Assembly (NCBI GenBank): GCA_016209985.1
Contig: JACQVB010000115.1
Coordinates: 7,210-71,209, forward strand
DNA length: 64,000 nucleotides
Direction of reading: 5' to 3'
From: Gemmatimonadota bacterium
Lineage (GTDB): Bacteria > Gemmatimonadota > Gemmatimonadetes > Gemmatimonadales > GWC2-71-9
The position numbers and the translations under genes were made by a program. The notes below the pieces were generated by a model that ran no database searches, was not told the origin of the DNA, and saw nothing but the letters and a program-made list of their open reading frames with translations. The first letter of the stretch is position 1, and each line of letters opens with the position of its first letter. Below, piece by piece: positions 1 to 8,569 of the stretch.

Positions 1-2575
1 GCTGGCCGGAGCGCAGATCTCGCAGAACAGCGGTGCGCCGGGGGGGGGCTCCATCGTGCGCATGCGGGGCGTGACGTCGATTACCGGCTCGATCGCACCG
101 CTCTACGTGGTGGACGGCGTCATCGTGAGCGATCGATCGCTGGGCACGGGTACCAACTTGATCATCGACGCGTTCCGGAGCGCCGGTATCTCGCCCAAGA
201 CCGACAACCAGGACAACGCGGTGGATCGGATCGCCGATCTCAATCCCGAGGCCATTGCGAGTGTCGAGGTGTTGAAGGGCGCGGCGGCGTCGGCCATCTA
301 CGGTTCCAAGGCCTCGAATGGAGTGATCCTGATCACGACCAAACGGGGTCGGGTGGGAGCGCCTCAATTCAGTGTAGGCCAGCGGTTCGGCTTTTCCTCC
401 CTCAGCAGGAAAATCGGAGTTCGGAGGTTTTCCCAGGCGGACGCCGTGGCCGCCCTGGGACCTGCGGGGCAAGCGAGCTGGACGGCCGACTTTCACGACT
501 TCGAGCAGGAACTCTACGGCGGCAAGCCCCTGTCGTACCAGACCGACGGCTCGATGAGCGGGGGAACCGAGACCAGCCAGTACTTCGCCTCGGTCCTGGT
601 CAAGCATGAAGGTGGCATCCTGCCCAACACCTTCGCGGACAAGCAATCGTTGCGGCTGAACCTGGATCAGGCCGTCGGTGGTCGCCTGAAGATCTCCCTG
701 AGCTCGGAGGTGATCCGCTCGGCCAACGACCGGGGCCTGACCCAGAACGAGAACAACGGTGCGGTGGTAGGGTCGGCGCTGGGCTACACCGGATTCTCCT
801 GGCTGGACCTGCGGGCGACCTGTCCCGATGGATCGAGGAAGGTCCAATGCGAGGGCGGGCTCTACGCTCCGAATCCCTTTGGCAGGAGCAACCCCTTTCA
901 GACGGTCGCCCTCTTCAAGAACCGCGAGGGTGTGTGGCGGGTGATCGGTACCGGCCGCATGAGCCTGGACGCGGTCTCCACCGCGCAACACACGCTCTCC
1001 CTGATTGCCACCGGTGGTGGCGACGTTTTCACTCAAAAGAACGAGGTGTTCTCGCCGCCGGAGCTGTTCTTCGAGCAGGTGGCCGGGAACCCCGGGTCGT
1101 CGGCGCTCTCGTATTCACAGAATCAGAACTTCAACGTCAACGGCAACGTGGTGGACAAGTACCGGCTGGAGAACGGAACCTCGTTCACCACGCAGGCCGG
1201 CGTGCAGCTCGAGACGCAGCACCTGAACGAAGACCGCACCCTGGCGCGCGGCCTGATCGGTGGACTCACCAACATCGACCGGGCCGTCACCGTCCAGGTG
1301 AACGAGAACCGCGAGCGGGTCCGTGACCTGGGATTCTTCGCGCAGGAGGAGTTGCTCGCGCTCAACGAACGCCTCCTGCTCACGGTCGGGGCGCGGGCGG
1401 ACCAGAGCAGCAGCAACGCCGACACCAAGAAACTCTATGTCTACCCCAAGGCGGCGGCCTCCTACCGGCTGCCGGTCGGAGGTCTGGTTGACGAACTGAA
1501 GCTGCGCGCCGCCTTCGGGCAGTCGGGAAACCAGCCGGTCTACGGGCGAAAGTTCACGCCACTCGCCGCGGGGAACCTGAACGGCAAAACGGCGACGACT
1601 GTGATCGGGGGCGTGGCGGGTGCTCCGGACTTGCGGCCCGAGCGAGAGCGAGAAATCGAGGGTGGGGCGGATGTCACCCTCTTCGGGAGCCGCGCGAATC
1701 TGGAAGCCACCGTGTATGAGAAACGGGTCACGGATTTGCTGTTGCAGCGCACCCTCGCCCCAACCACCGGCCTGAGCCAGCTGTTCTTCAATGGCGGGGT
1801 GATGCGCACCCGCGGTCTCGAGCTCGCCCTGAACGTGCTGCCGGTTCAGACCACGAAGTTCCAGTGGAACGCGCGGGGGACCTTCTCCCTCAGCCGCTGC
1901 AAGATCGTGTCGCTGCCGATTCCGGCGTTTCGCCCGATCGCGTTCCTGAACGCCCCGGTGTTCGGCTCGACCTTTATCGAGCCCGGGAAGTCGTGTACCC
2001 AGCTGATCGGCGACGACACGCTGGGCACGCTACCCGGTGATGCGGCGCTGGGAGCGATCGGCACGCACGTTCAGCGCGCGGTCGCGGACGCCAACCCGAA
2101 GTACAATTTCTCTATCGCGAACGATCTCACCTACCGTTCGCTTGAGCTGCGCTTCCTCTGGGACCGCCAAGTGGGCGGGGTGCTCTCCAACATCACCCAG
2201 CTCGAGTACGACGCCAACCAGACGTCGATCGATTATTCCCAGCCGGCGAAGCCGGGGGCCTTGACCGGCGAGCAGCGCATCAACGCGCTCGGGCTGGTAG
2301 CACGCCCCTACCTGCAGGACGTGAGTTATCTGAGGCTCCGAGAAGTCACGCTCACGCTCGACCTACCGGCGGCCACGCTCCGGAAAATCTGGACCGGGGC
2401 CCGCACCGCCCGATTGAGCCTGAGCGGCCGAAACTTGCTCACGTTCACTCCCTACCAGGGCTACGATCCGGAGAACAATCAGATTGTCCGCTCGGCGGCA
2501 CAAGGAACACCTTGGGATATCTGGGCCTATCCGCCCAGCCGCAGCTTCTGGCTCTCTCTCAGCCTGGGGTTCTAG
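1..2575 (+). CDS. SusC/RagA-type TonB-dependent outer-membrane transporter, copy 1 (5' end outside window)
   Basis: ORF 56..2575 stays open in the same frame back to position 2 (LAGAQISQNSGAPGGGSIVRMRGVTS...). This aligns with the plug region of the full-length copies at 29815, 41799c and 45042 (RIADLNP..I.SVEVLKGAAASAIYGSKASNGVILITTKRGR). It ends ...SFWLSLSLGF, an aromatic beta-barrel terminus. A SusD-like gene starts 2 nt after its stop. Confidence 0.9.
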   Translation, partial: LAGAQISQNSGAPGGGSIVRMRGVTSITGSIAPLYVVDGVIVSDRSLGTGTNLIIDAFRSAGISPKTDNQDNAVDRIADLNPEAIASVEVLKGAAASAIYGSKASNGVILITTKRGRVGAPQFSVGQRFGFSSLSRKIGVRRFSQADAVAALGPAGQASWTADFHDFEQELYGGKPLSYQTDGSMSGGTETSQYFASVLVKHEGGILPNTFADKQSLRLNLDQAVGGRLKISLSSEVIRSANDRGLTQNENNGAVVGSALGYTGFSWLDLRATCPDGSRKVQCEGGLYAPNPFGRSNPFQTVALFKNREGVWRVIGTGRMSLDAVSTAQHTLSLIATGGGDVFTQKNEVFSPPELFFEQVAGNPGSSALSYSQNQNFNVNGNVVDKYRLENGTSFTTQAGVQLETQHLNEDRTLARGLIGGLTNIDRAVTVQVNENRERVRDLGFFAQEELLALNERLLLTVGARADQSSSNADTKKLYVYPKAAASYRLPVGGLVDELKLRAAFGQSGNQPVYGRKFTPLAAGNLNGKTATTVIGGVAGAPDLRPEREREIEGGADVTLFGSRANLEATVYEKRVTDLLLQRTLAPTTGLSQLFFNGGVMRTRGLELALNVLPVQTTKFQWNARGTFSLSRCKIVSLPIPAFRPIAFLNAPVFGSTFIEPGKSCTQLIGDDTLGTLPGDAALGAIGTHVQRAVADANPKYNFSIANDLTYRSLELRFLWDRQVGGVLSNITQLEYDANQTSIDYSQPAKPGALTGEQRINALGLVARPYLQDVSYLRLREVTLTLDLPAATLRKIWTGARTARLSLSGRNLLTFTPYQGYDPENNQIVRSAAQGTPWDIWAYPPSRSFWLSLSLGF

Positions 2576-2577
2576 CC

Positions 2578-3975
2578 ATGACACGGCCAGAGAAGTCTCG
2601 CACCATGCGACCGATCAGGACACTCGGCTACCTGGTAGCCCTCGGCGGCCTGCTGACGACGGGCTGCAGTACGCTGGATGTTCCCAACCTCAACGACAAC
2701 ACCCTGGACGGACTGACCGGCGCCCCCACCGCGAGCGCGGTCGCCACCGCCACGCAGGGCCTCGTCCGAGGCATGCGGGGCAATGCGTCGAGTACCCTCA
2801 GCATCTTCGGAAGGCTGGGACGAGAAGGGTACATCCTCGACCCCGGCAACCCCCAGAACACCCCGGCATTGTACGTGGTGCTGGGCAATATCGGCATATG
2901 GGCCGGACCGTACAGCAACATCAAGCTCGCCAACGTCGTGCTTGAGGCCGTGGACAAGGTGGCCACGCTTTCGACCGCCGAGAAAGAGGGGATTAAGGGC
3001 TTTGCCAAGACGGTCAAGGCGATCGAATTGATGAACGTGATCAACAGTATGGATCAGAATGGTGCTGCGCTCGACGTGACCGCCGGCCCCACCGATCCCT
3101 TGCCACCGATCGCGACCAAGGCTGAGGTGTGGGCCCGCATCCTCCAGCTGTTCGACGAGGGCCGAACCCACCTTCTCGCGGCGGGGACCAAGTTCGCCTT
3201 CGACCCGGGCGACGGCCTTGCCAGCTTCAATACGCCAGCCGGAATGGTCAAGGTCAACCGGGCGATGAAAGCGCGAGCCGACGTTCTCACCTCCAGCTAC
3301 GCCGCTGCGCTGACGGATCTCACCGGGTCGTTCCTGGACGTCACCCAGCCACTCACGTTGGGCGTATACAACACGTTCAGCACGGCTTCGGGGGACGCGA
3401 TCAACCAGACGTTCTACGATCCCACCGCGCGCCAGGTGTTCGCGCGGCCCTGGCTGGCCACCAATGCCCAGTCCAAGGCAAACGGCGACCTCGACGATCG
3501 ATTCACCAGCAAGGTGTTCCCGGTGACCCCCTCGTTCCAGCGGCAGGGATTCCTGGTGTCCTGGACGTTCCGCATTTACAACAGTCCTTCCGCCCCCATT
3601 CCCCTGATTCGCAACGAGGAGTTGATCCTCCTCCGGGCGGAAGCGAACCTCGGGCTGGGCAACACCTCCACGGCGATCCAGGACATCAACTTCATCCGGG
3701 CGCAAGCGGGCGGACTGCCGGCCATCTCCGACCCATACGTCCCCGTGGGGAACCAACCTGCCACGCTGCTCGACGAATTGCTCTACGAGAAGCGCTATTC
3801 ACTATTGTGGGAGATTGGGACCACGTGGCTCGATGCCCGGCACTACGGGAAGCTGGCGCAGTTGCCCAAAGAGATCACGGGCGAGGTGGTGTTCCCTTAC
3901 ACGCGCATCCCTGATGCCGAATGCGATGCGCGGAGTCCCAAGCCCGCTGGGTGTACGTCGCCCGCTGGGCTGTAG
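2578..3975 (+). CDS. SusD/RagB-family outer-membrane lipoprotein, copy 1
   Basis: ORF 2512..3975, with the start moved to ATG 2578 (junction TAGCCATG). The Cys-containing signal is MTRPEKSRTMRPIRTLGYLVALGGLLTTGC. The C-terminal region ...LLYEKRYSLLWE.G..W.D.RHYGKL is shared with the other SusD-like genes here. Confidence 0.85.
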   Translation: MTRPEKSRTMRPIRTLGYLVALGGLLTTGCSTLDVPNLNDNTLDGLTGAPTASAVATATQGLVRGMRGNASSTLSIFGRLGREGYILDPGNPQNTPALYVVLGNIGIWAGPYSNIKLANVVLEAVDKVATLSTAEKEGIKGFAKTVKAIELMNVINSMDQNGAALDVTAGPTDPLPPIATKAEVWARILQLFDEGRTHLLAAGTKFAFDPGDGLASFNTPAGMVKVNRAMKARADVLTSSYAAALTDLTGSFLDVTQPLTLGVYNTFSTASGDAINQTFYDPTARQVFARPWLATNAQSKANGDLDDRFTSKVFPVTPSFQRQGFLVSWTFRIYNSPSAPIPLIRNEELILLRAEANLGLGNTSTAIQDINFIRAQAGGLPAISDPYVPVGNQPATLLDELLYEKRYSLLWEIGTTWLDARHYGKLAQLPKEITGEVVFPYTRIPDAECDARSPKPAGCTSPAGL

Positions 3976-4096
3976 GCCTACTCGGCTGTAGGCCTGCTAA
4001 TCAATGCACCTCGGGCCGCCGAGACGGTTGAGCGTCCGTCTCGAGCGGCCCGTACCGGTTTACCCACCTGCACGGAATCACGCACCGGAGGTTGCC

Positions 4097-5473
4097 ATGA
4101 GAATGACGAGCGTCCTGGTCGCCCTTGCCGCATTGGTGCTGGGAACCCTGCCGGTCGGGGCGCAGCATCCGCCAGGTCAACAGGGGAGCGCCAACGTGCA
4201 CATCATGTCCCACATTCCGCTTCCTGGCGGCGGGAACCATGGCGTGCCCAACCTGGGCGGGATCGAGATCCGCACCGCCGACGTCGAGATCGAACAGGAA
4301 CTGTCCCGGCCCTACGCCTACGTCCCGATGTGGGGGGCGCCGTCCCTGCTGCATATCATCAGCCTCAAGGATCCCGCGAAAGCGAAGATCCTGTATACCT
4401 GGACGATCGAGAACCCCGAACTGCACCGGCCGGCCGGCGGGCTGGCGCCCTCCTACTTCAAGACCCACGGACGGTACTATCTCGTCAACGGCTTCCAATT
4501 CGGAAAGGGCGGTCCCGACAACGATCTCGGGGCTGTGGTGTGGGATGTGACCGGCCTCCCGGATACGACCACCATCAAGGAAGCCGGCCGGGTCCGCCTG
4601 CCCGAGGTGCCCGGCGGGTTCCACGAGACCTTCACCTACAAGCACTCGAGCGGCGCGCCGCTCCTCGTGGTCACGACGGCCTCCTCCGTCGGGAACATCT
4701 ACGACATGGACAAGTTCCTGGCCAAGGCACCCAATCAGGGGCTCGTGGGCCGGGTGCCGATTCCCGATTCCACGGGATACCAGTGGCAGGGCTACCACGA
4801 CTTCTACGTCGCGTACGACCCCGCGACACACCAGGACAAGCTCTATGGGGCGGGTTGGGGCGGGTATTATGTCTATGACATCACCGACCTGGCGAACCCC
4901 AAGCTGATCACCTCGATCACCGGCATGGCCGGCATCACCTTCGGGCATTCCATTCAGGCGACGCCCGAGGGGCGGTATGCGGTGGTGCAGAGCGAGTATC
5001 AGTGGGCCCCGATCCGGATCGTGGACCTGAAGCCCGGGCTCGAGGGAACCGTCAAGAACATTTCCCGTCCCATCGGGGCGTGGACCGCGTCCTGGGACGG
5101 CAACCCCCATAACTACGAAGTTCGCTGGCCCTACGTGTTTGTCGCGGCCTTCGAAGACGGATTCCACGTGTTCAACATGATGGACCCGACCAACCCCTAC
5201 ACCGTCGGATTCTACGACACCTATGACAAGCCGAAGCCACCCGGCGCCGAGGGAAACGGAATGGTCGGTGGGATGCCAGGAGGGTGGGGTGCCGATGTCC
5301 GCAACGCCGACGGCCTCATCGTGATCAGCGACATGCTCACGGGCTTCTGGGCGTTCAAGATGGACGGCTTCGACGGGTGGAACGGCCACCAGTGGGGACT
5401 GCCCAACGTTTCCAGCGCCCAGGATTGGGACAACGGGCCGGAAGGCGCGCCGAAACCGGCCAGGGTGAGCTGA
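4097..5473 (+). CDS. Secreted LVIVD-repeat-like seven-bladed beta-propeller protein, paralog P1 (function unknown)
   Basis: ORF 4004..5473, with the start moved to ATG 4097 (GGAGG 7 nt upstream). This gives the Sec signal MRMTSVLVALAALVLGTLPVGA/QH. It has repeated strand + D(V/I).DP..P blades (e.g. WPYVFVAAFEDGFHVFNMMDPTNPYTVGFYDTY; ADGLIVISDM) and the family tail GFDGWNGHQWGLPNVSSAQDWDNGPEGAPKP. Confidence 0.85.
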   Translation: MRMTSVLVALAALVLGTLPVGAQHPPGQQGSANVHIMSHIPLPGGGNHGVPNLGGIEIRTADVEIEQELSRPYAYVPMWGAPSLLHIISLKDPAKAKILYTWTIENPELHRPAGGLAPSYFKTHGRYYLVNGFQFGKGGPDNDLGAVVWDVTGLPDTTTIKEAGRVRLPEVPGGFHETFTYKHSSGAPLLVVTTASSVGNIYDMDKFLAKAPNQGLVGRVPIPDSTGYQWQGYHDFYVAYDPATHQDKLYGAGWGGYYVYDITDLANPKLITSITGMAGITFGHSIQATPEGRYAVVQSEYQWAPIRIVDLKPGLEGTVKNISRPIGAWTASWDGNPHNYEVRWPYVFVAAFEDGFHVFNMMDPTNPYTVGFYDTYDKPKPPGAEGNGMVGGMPGGWGADVRNADGLIVISDMLTGFWAFKMDGFDGWNGHQWGLPNVSSAQDWDNGPEGAPKPARVS

Positions 5474-5501
5474 CACCTCGCGCGAGTCATCGGCCGGCTC
5501 C

Positions 5502-6806
5502 GTGAGCAAGGATCGCTCCTCCGTCCGCTGGGTGATCGTCTCCTTGCTCACCGGCGTCAGCTTTGTGAGCTACGTGGAGCGGATGAACATCTCCGTGGCC
5601 GCAAAGTTCATGGCGCCCGAGTTCGGACTGACCCAGATCCAGATGGGCCAGGTGTTCTCGAGCTTCATGCTGGGCTACGCCCTGTTCCAGGTGCCCGCGG
5701 GCAGGCTGGGTGATCTCTTCGGACCGCGCCTGGTCCTCACGGTGGCCGCCCTGTGGTGGGGTGTGGCCACGCTCTTCACCGGGCTGCTTCCTGGAGTCCT
5801 GGTGCCGAGTGGCGTGGGCGTTTTCTTTACGCTCGTGGCCCTGCGGTTCCTGCTGGGAGTGGGGGAGGCCGCCACCTACCCGGTGGCGGCGCGCACCGTG
5901 GCTAACTGGATGCCCGACTCCCAGCGGGCGATCTCGATCGCGATCCTTACCGCGGGCCTCTCCCTGGGGTCGGCCGTCACCCCACCCCTCATCTCCTGGC
6001 TCATGGTCAACCTGGGCTGGCGCCAGTCGTTCTACCTCGCGTCCCTATTCGCGTTTGCCATGGCCATCGTCTGGCGTTTCTACGCGACGGATTACCCGCG
6101 GCAACACCCCCGGGTGAGCCCGGCGGAGCTGGCGTTCATCACGGCCGGTCAGGACGCGGCGTCGTCCCTGAAGCCGGGCTCCGCGTCCTGGTGGCAACTG
6201 TTCAAGAACCGGAACGTGCTCCTGGTGTCGACGAGCTACTTCGTCGAAGGCTACGTGTTGTTCTTCTTCGTGTTTTGGTTGTACACCTATCTCGTGGACG
6301 TGCGAAAGTTCAGCATTCTAGGCGGCGGGGTTTTCGCGAGCTTGCCGTTCATAGTCTCGGCGGTGACCACGCCGCTGGGTGGATGGGTGTCCGACGGGCT
6401 CTCCGTGCGGCTGGGCCGGCGGTGGGGACGGCGGGTACCCGCGATGGTGGGCTTCACTGCCTCCGCAGCGTGCCTTTGGTTCGGGGCCACGGTGAACAGC
6501 CCCTATTGGGCCGTTGCCGGCCTCTCCCTGGCGGCGGGCATGGTCGAGTTTACCGAGGGAACGTACTGGGCCACCGCGGTGGACGTGGCCGGTCCGCACG
6601 CCGGCGCCTCGGGCGGGATCATGAACACGGTGGGAAACCTGGGCGGCGTGGTTTCCACCGCGCTGGTGCCGGTGCTGGTCAAATACTTCGGGTGGCTGGC
6701 CGCCATCGGCACCGGTTCGGCGCTGGCGATCGCCGCCGCGCTGCTCTGGTTTGGGATCCGCGCCGACGAGCCGTTCGAAGAGCTGGCTACCGCGAAAGGC
6801 GATTAG
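5502..6806 (+). CDS. MFS transporter (anion:cation symporter / ACS-like)
   Basis: 434-aa ORF with a GTG start and about 12 hydrophobic segments. It carries MFS motif A (GRLGDLFGPR). N-terminal similarity is to hexuronate/glucarate-type ACS transporters (VSFVSYVERMNISVAA...). Confidence 0.8.
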   Translation: MSKDRSSVRWVIVSLLTGVSFVSYVERMNISVAAKFMAPEFGLTQIQMGQVFSSFMLGYALFQVPAGRLGDLFGPRLVLTVAALWWGVATLFTGLLPGVLVPSGVGVFFTLVALRFLLGVGEAATYPVAARTVANWMPDSQRAISIAILTAGLSLGSAVTPPLISWLMVNLGWRQSFYLASLFAFAMAIVWRFYATDYPRQHPRVSPAELAFITAGQDAASSLKPGSASWWQLFKNRNVLLVSTSYFVEGYVLFFFVFWLYTYLVDVRKFSILGGGVFASLPFIVSAVTTPLGGWVSDGLSVRLGRRWGRRVPAMVGFTASAACLWFGATVNSPYWAVAGLSLAAGMVEFTEGTYWATAVDVAGPHAGASGGIMNTVGNLGGVVSTALVPVLVKYFGWLAAIGTGSALAIAAALLWFGIRADEPFEELATAKGD

Positions 6807-6814
6807 CGCAACGA

Positions 6815-6877
6815 TTACTTTCTGCGGCTTCGCATGTCGCTGATCACGATCTCGCCGTCGGCATTGCGTACCTCGGC
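6815..6877 (-). pseudogene. Decayed 3' fragment of an eighth propeller paralog
   Basis: The reverse strand reads AEVRNADGEIVISDM|RSRRK*. The first part matches the family motif DVRNADGLIVISDM. The sequence cgaagccgcagaaa matches the PKPQK-coding 3' end of P2/P3 but out of frame, implying loss of roughly 38 codons. Nothing propeller-like lies further upstream. Confidence 0.6.
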
Positions 6878-7051
6878 CGCGAGAGGAATGTTTGGCGTCC
6901 TCCTCGGCTGGATTTCTTTGGGGGCGTGTTAAGGCGCGTTCACGGCTGCCACGCAGGCTTAGTAGGCCACGACGCGTGGGGGCTTGTGCGATGGGCTAGC
7001 AACGGTGTAGCCTAAAAACGCAATTGTCTACGAGATCGTATGCAATAAGGT

Positions 7052-7801
7052 ATGCTTCAAAGAACTGCTAAGAAAGCCATGCCGAACAAGAAACTGACTG
7101 AATCGACCCACCACGTCCGCGGTGATCGTACAGCGCGAGTTTACAACACGCTCCGCGACTTGATCGTACGTGGGACGCTCGCACCAGGGACCAGAATCAC
7201 CGAACCTGACGTTGTGAGTCGTTTAGGCGTAAGTCGAACTCCGGTACGCTCTGCTCTAGAAAAGCTGTACCACGAGGGTTACGTGGTGGTGCAGCGCGAT
7301 GGCGGTCGCTCCCAACTGGCTGTGGCGCCGCTCACGGAAGCCGACCTTAGAGAGCTCCTTTACGTCATGGGCGTGAACGAGGGTCTGGCGGGCCGTTATG
7401 CGGCCCTGCTGCCGCCCGGGGAACGATCCGTACTCGTTCGGCAACTCAGAAAGCTGAATGCGCACCTGAGGCGTGCGGCAGAAGCAGCCCCTGCGGATGC
7501 ATATCGGTTCTATCAGCTGGACCAGGATTTTCATGCGTCTTACGTAGACGTCGCTGCTGGCCCCCGGTTACGGGAGCTGCTTCGGTCGATCAGGCCACAG
7601 GCCGACCGGTACATTTGGGTATACGTCAGTGCCCTTCAAAGCGAGATCCTAACCTCGGTGCGGGAGCATCGGCGGATCATTGCGGCCATTGATCGTGGGA
7701 AGTCGAACGCCGCTCAGCAGGCCGTGCAGACCAACTGGTGGAACGCCGCGGAGCGCTTGAGCAGGGTTGTTCGGCGGGTCGGGGAGCGCGGACGCTGGTA
7801 G
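7052..7801 (+). CDS. GntR-family transcriptional regulator (FadR/FCD-type C-terminal domain)
   Basis: Winged-HTH segment RVYNTLRDLIVRGTLAPGTRITEPDVVSRLGVSRTPVRSALEKLYHEGYVV, followed by a helical effector domain. The alternative start ATG 7079 cannot be excluded. Confidence 0.85.
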   Translation: MLQRTAKKAMPNKKLTESTHHVRGDRTARVYNTLRDLIVRGTLAPGTRITEPDVVSRLGVSRTPVRSALEKLYHEGYVVVQRDGGRSQLAVAPLTEADLRELLYVMGVNEGLAGRYAALLPPGERSVLVRQLRKLNAHLRRAAEAAPADAYRFYQLDQDFHASYVDVAAGPRLRELLRSIRPQADRYIWVYVSALQSEILTSVREHRRIIAAIDRGKSNAAQQAVQTNWWNAAERLSRVVRRVGERGRW

Positions 7802-8365
7802 CGGGTGACGCCGCATCCCTTTCCGGATGGAGCAGACGATTCCGAACGTCGTTTATGTATGGGAAAGCTCTGCTTACTGTCCCCTTCGGGGAGGAAAGCC
7901 CTCGCCTTTAGGCGAAGAAAGATTCGCGACATGGTCGCGGAGCGACTATGAGCGAGCAGTTGCCGTTAGGTTGTGGCGAGATGTTGGGGACCTCGCTGCC
8001 GACTTCCAGTCGGCCTTCACTTTCACTGCGTTAGGCAACCCCCCGGCTTCAAGCCGGGGGTGCGGATTAGTCCTGGGTCCTCATCTGTAGCATTCGTGTC
8101 CCACATTTATTCCCGAGCAAGGCGCATCCCCATTTTGGTCCGCCCGGCCATCGGACCGGACCCCGCTATAGAGATTAGAGTCAGCCCCCGGTTCTGGGCT
8201 GGCGGCCCCCACGCATGTTGCTGGGGTGCCGCGGCTTCTCTGCCCGTAGGTCACGATTGAATTGTGTTCGGCTTTAATTCGGGTGGAGCGGTGCGGGTCG
8301 GGCGGAGCACCCCTGAACCTATTGCGCGCCTAAAGCCCAATTACTAGTATGGCCCTTGAGAAATG

Positions 8366-8496
8366 CGTATACGTCAACGTATACGAACTTGCCCCAGGCG
8401 ATTCCGGCCGTCCCCATTGAGGGCTTCTAGCGCGGGCACATACTGAGTTCGTCTCATAGCTGCGGTGTCCCGCTTGATGTATGCGTCAGCGTATAC
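8366..8496. promoter_or_regulatory. Candidate GntR operator set: CGTATACG palindromes at 8366-8373 and 8378-8385, GTATAC at 8491-8496
   Basis: Perfect 8-bp palindromes lie 12 bp apart. A related copy (ATGCGTCAGCGTATAC) is also present. All are upstream of the preferred SusC start at 8570 and downstream of the GntR gene. GT-N-AC cores are the generic GntR-family operator pattern. Confidence 0.35.
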
Positions 8497-8569
8497 TGCG
8501 ACGAAGACAACGGTACAGCCAAGCGACCAGATGGTCCCGAAATCGGCTGATCTGGAAGGGAGTCACCTT

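Noticed and set aside
3968-3995. A direct repeat GGCTGTAGGCCT x2 contains the 10-bp palindrome GTAGGCCTAC and overlaps the SusD copy 1 stop codon.
   Set aside because: It is very short, a single occurrence, and plausibly a chance duplication. It is noted only for completeness.
4004-4096. N-terminal extensions offered by the ORF track at 4004, 2512, 8465, 12972, 18330, 19858, 25403, 29752/29759, 32583, 37302, 43600, 47759, 50032, 60450 and 61055.
   Set aside because: In each case an internal ATG with a GGAG-type ribosome-binding site yields a proper signal peptide or canonical family N-terminus. The extensions overlap upstream genes or are compositionally non-coding.
5043-5215. Near-identical protein segment shared by P1 and P2, considered as evidence of recent gene conversion.
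   Set aside because: The nucleotide sequences differ at many synonymous positions, so conversion is unlikely. I interpret this as purifying selection (see the finding on the C-terminal module).
4001-5551. 516-aa ORF on the minus strand covering all of P1. The 394-aa ORF at 2572-3756 minus over SusD copy 1 is a similar case.
   Set aside because: It is exactly antisense to genes with clear family motifs. Its composition is R/G/P/H-rich with no motifs, the usual stop-poor antisense frame of high-GC DNA.
7888-7901. GGGGAGGAAAGCCC resembles the RNase P RNA CR-I motif GAGGAAAGUCCGGGC.
   Set aside because: The other universally conserved RNase P segments (for example ACAGAA..CGGCUUA and the GGUAACGCC-type loops) are absent from 7802-8569 on either strand.
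8349-8420. A 23-codon upstream ORF (MALEKCVYVNVYELAPGDSGRPH*) overlaps the CGTATACG palindromes.
   Set aside because: It has no ribosome-binding site and no conservation evidence available. Its codons are dictated by the palindromes.
8547-8556. CTGATCTGGA plus an upstream CTGAG (about 8443) resembles pieces of the TPP riboswitch THI-box, upstream of a TonB-dependent receptor.
   Set aside because: The rest of the THI-box (UAAUGCCAGCG, the pairing partners of P2/P4) is missing. The match also overlaps the Shine-Dalgarno region, so it is probably coincidence.
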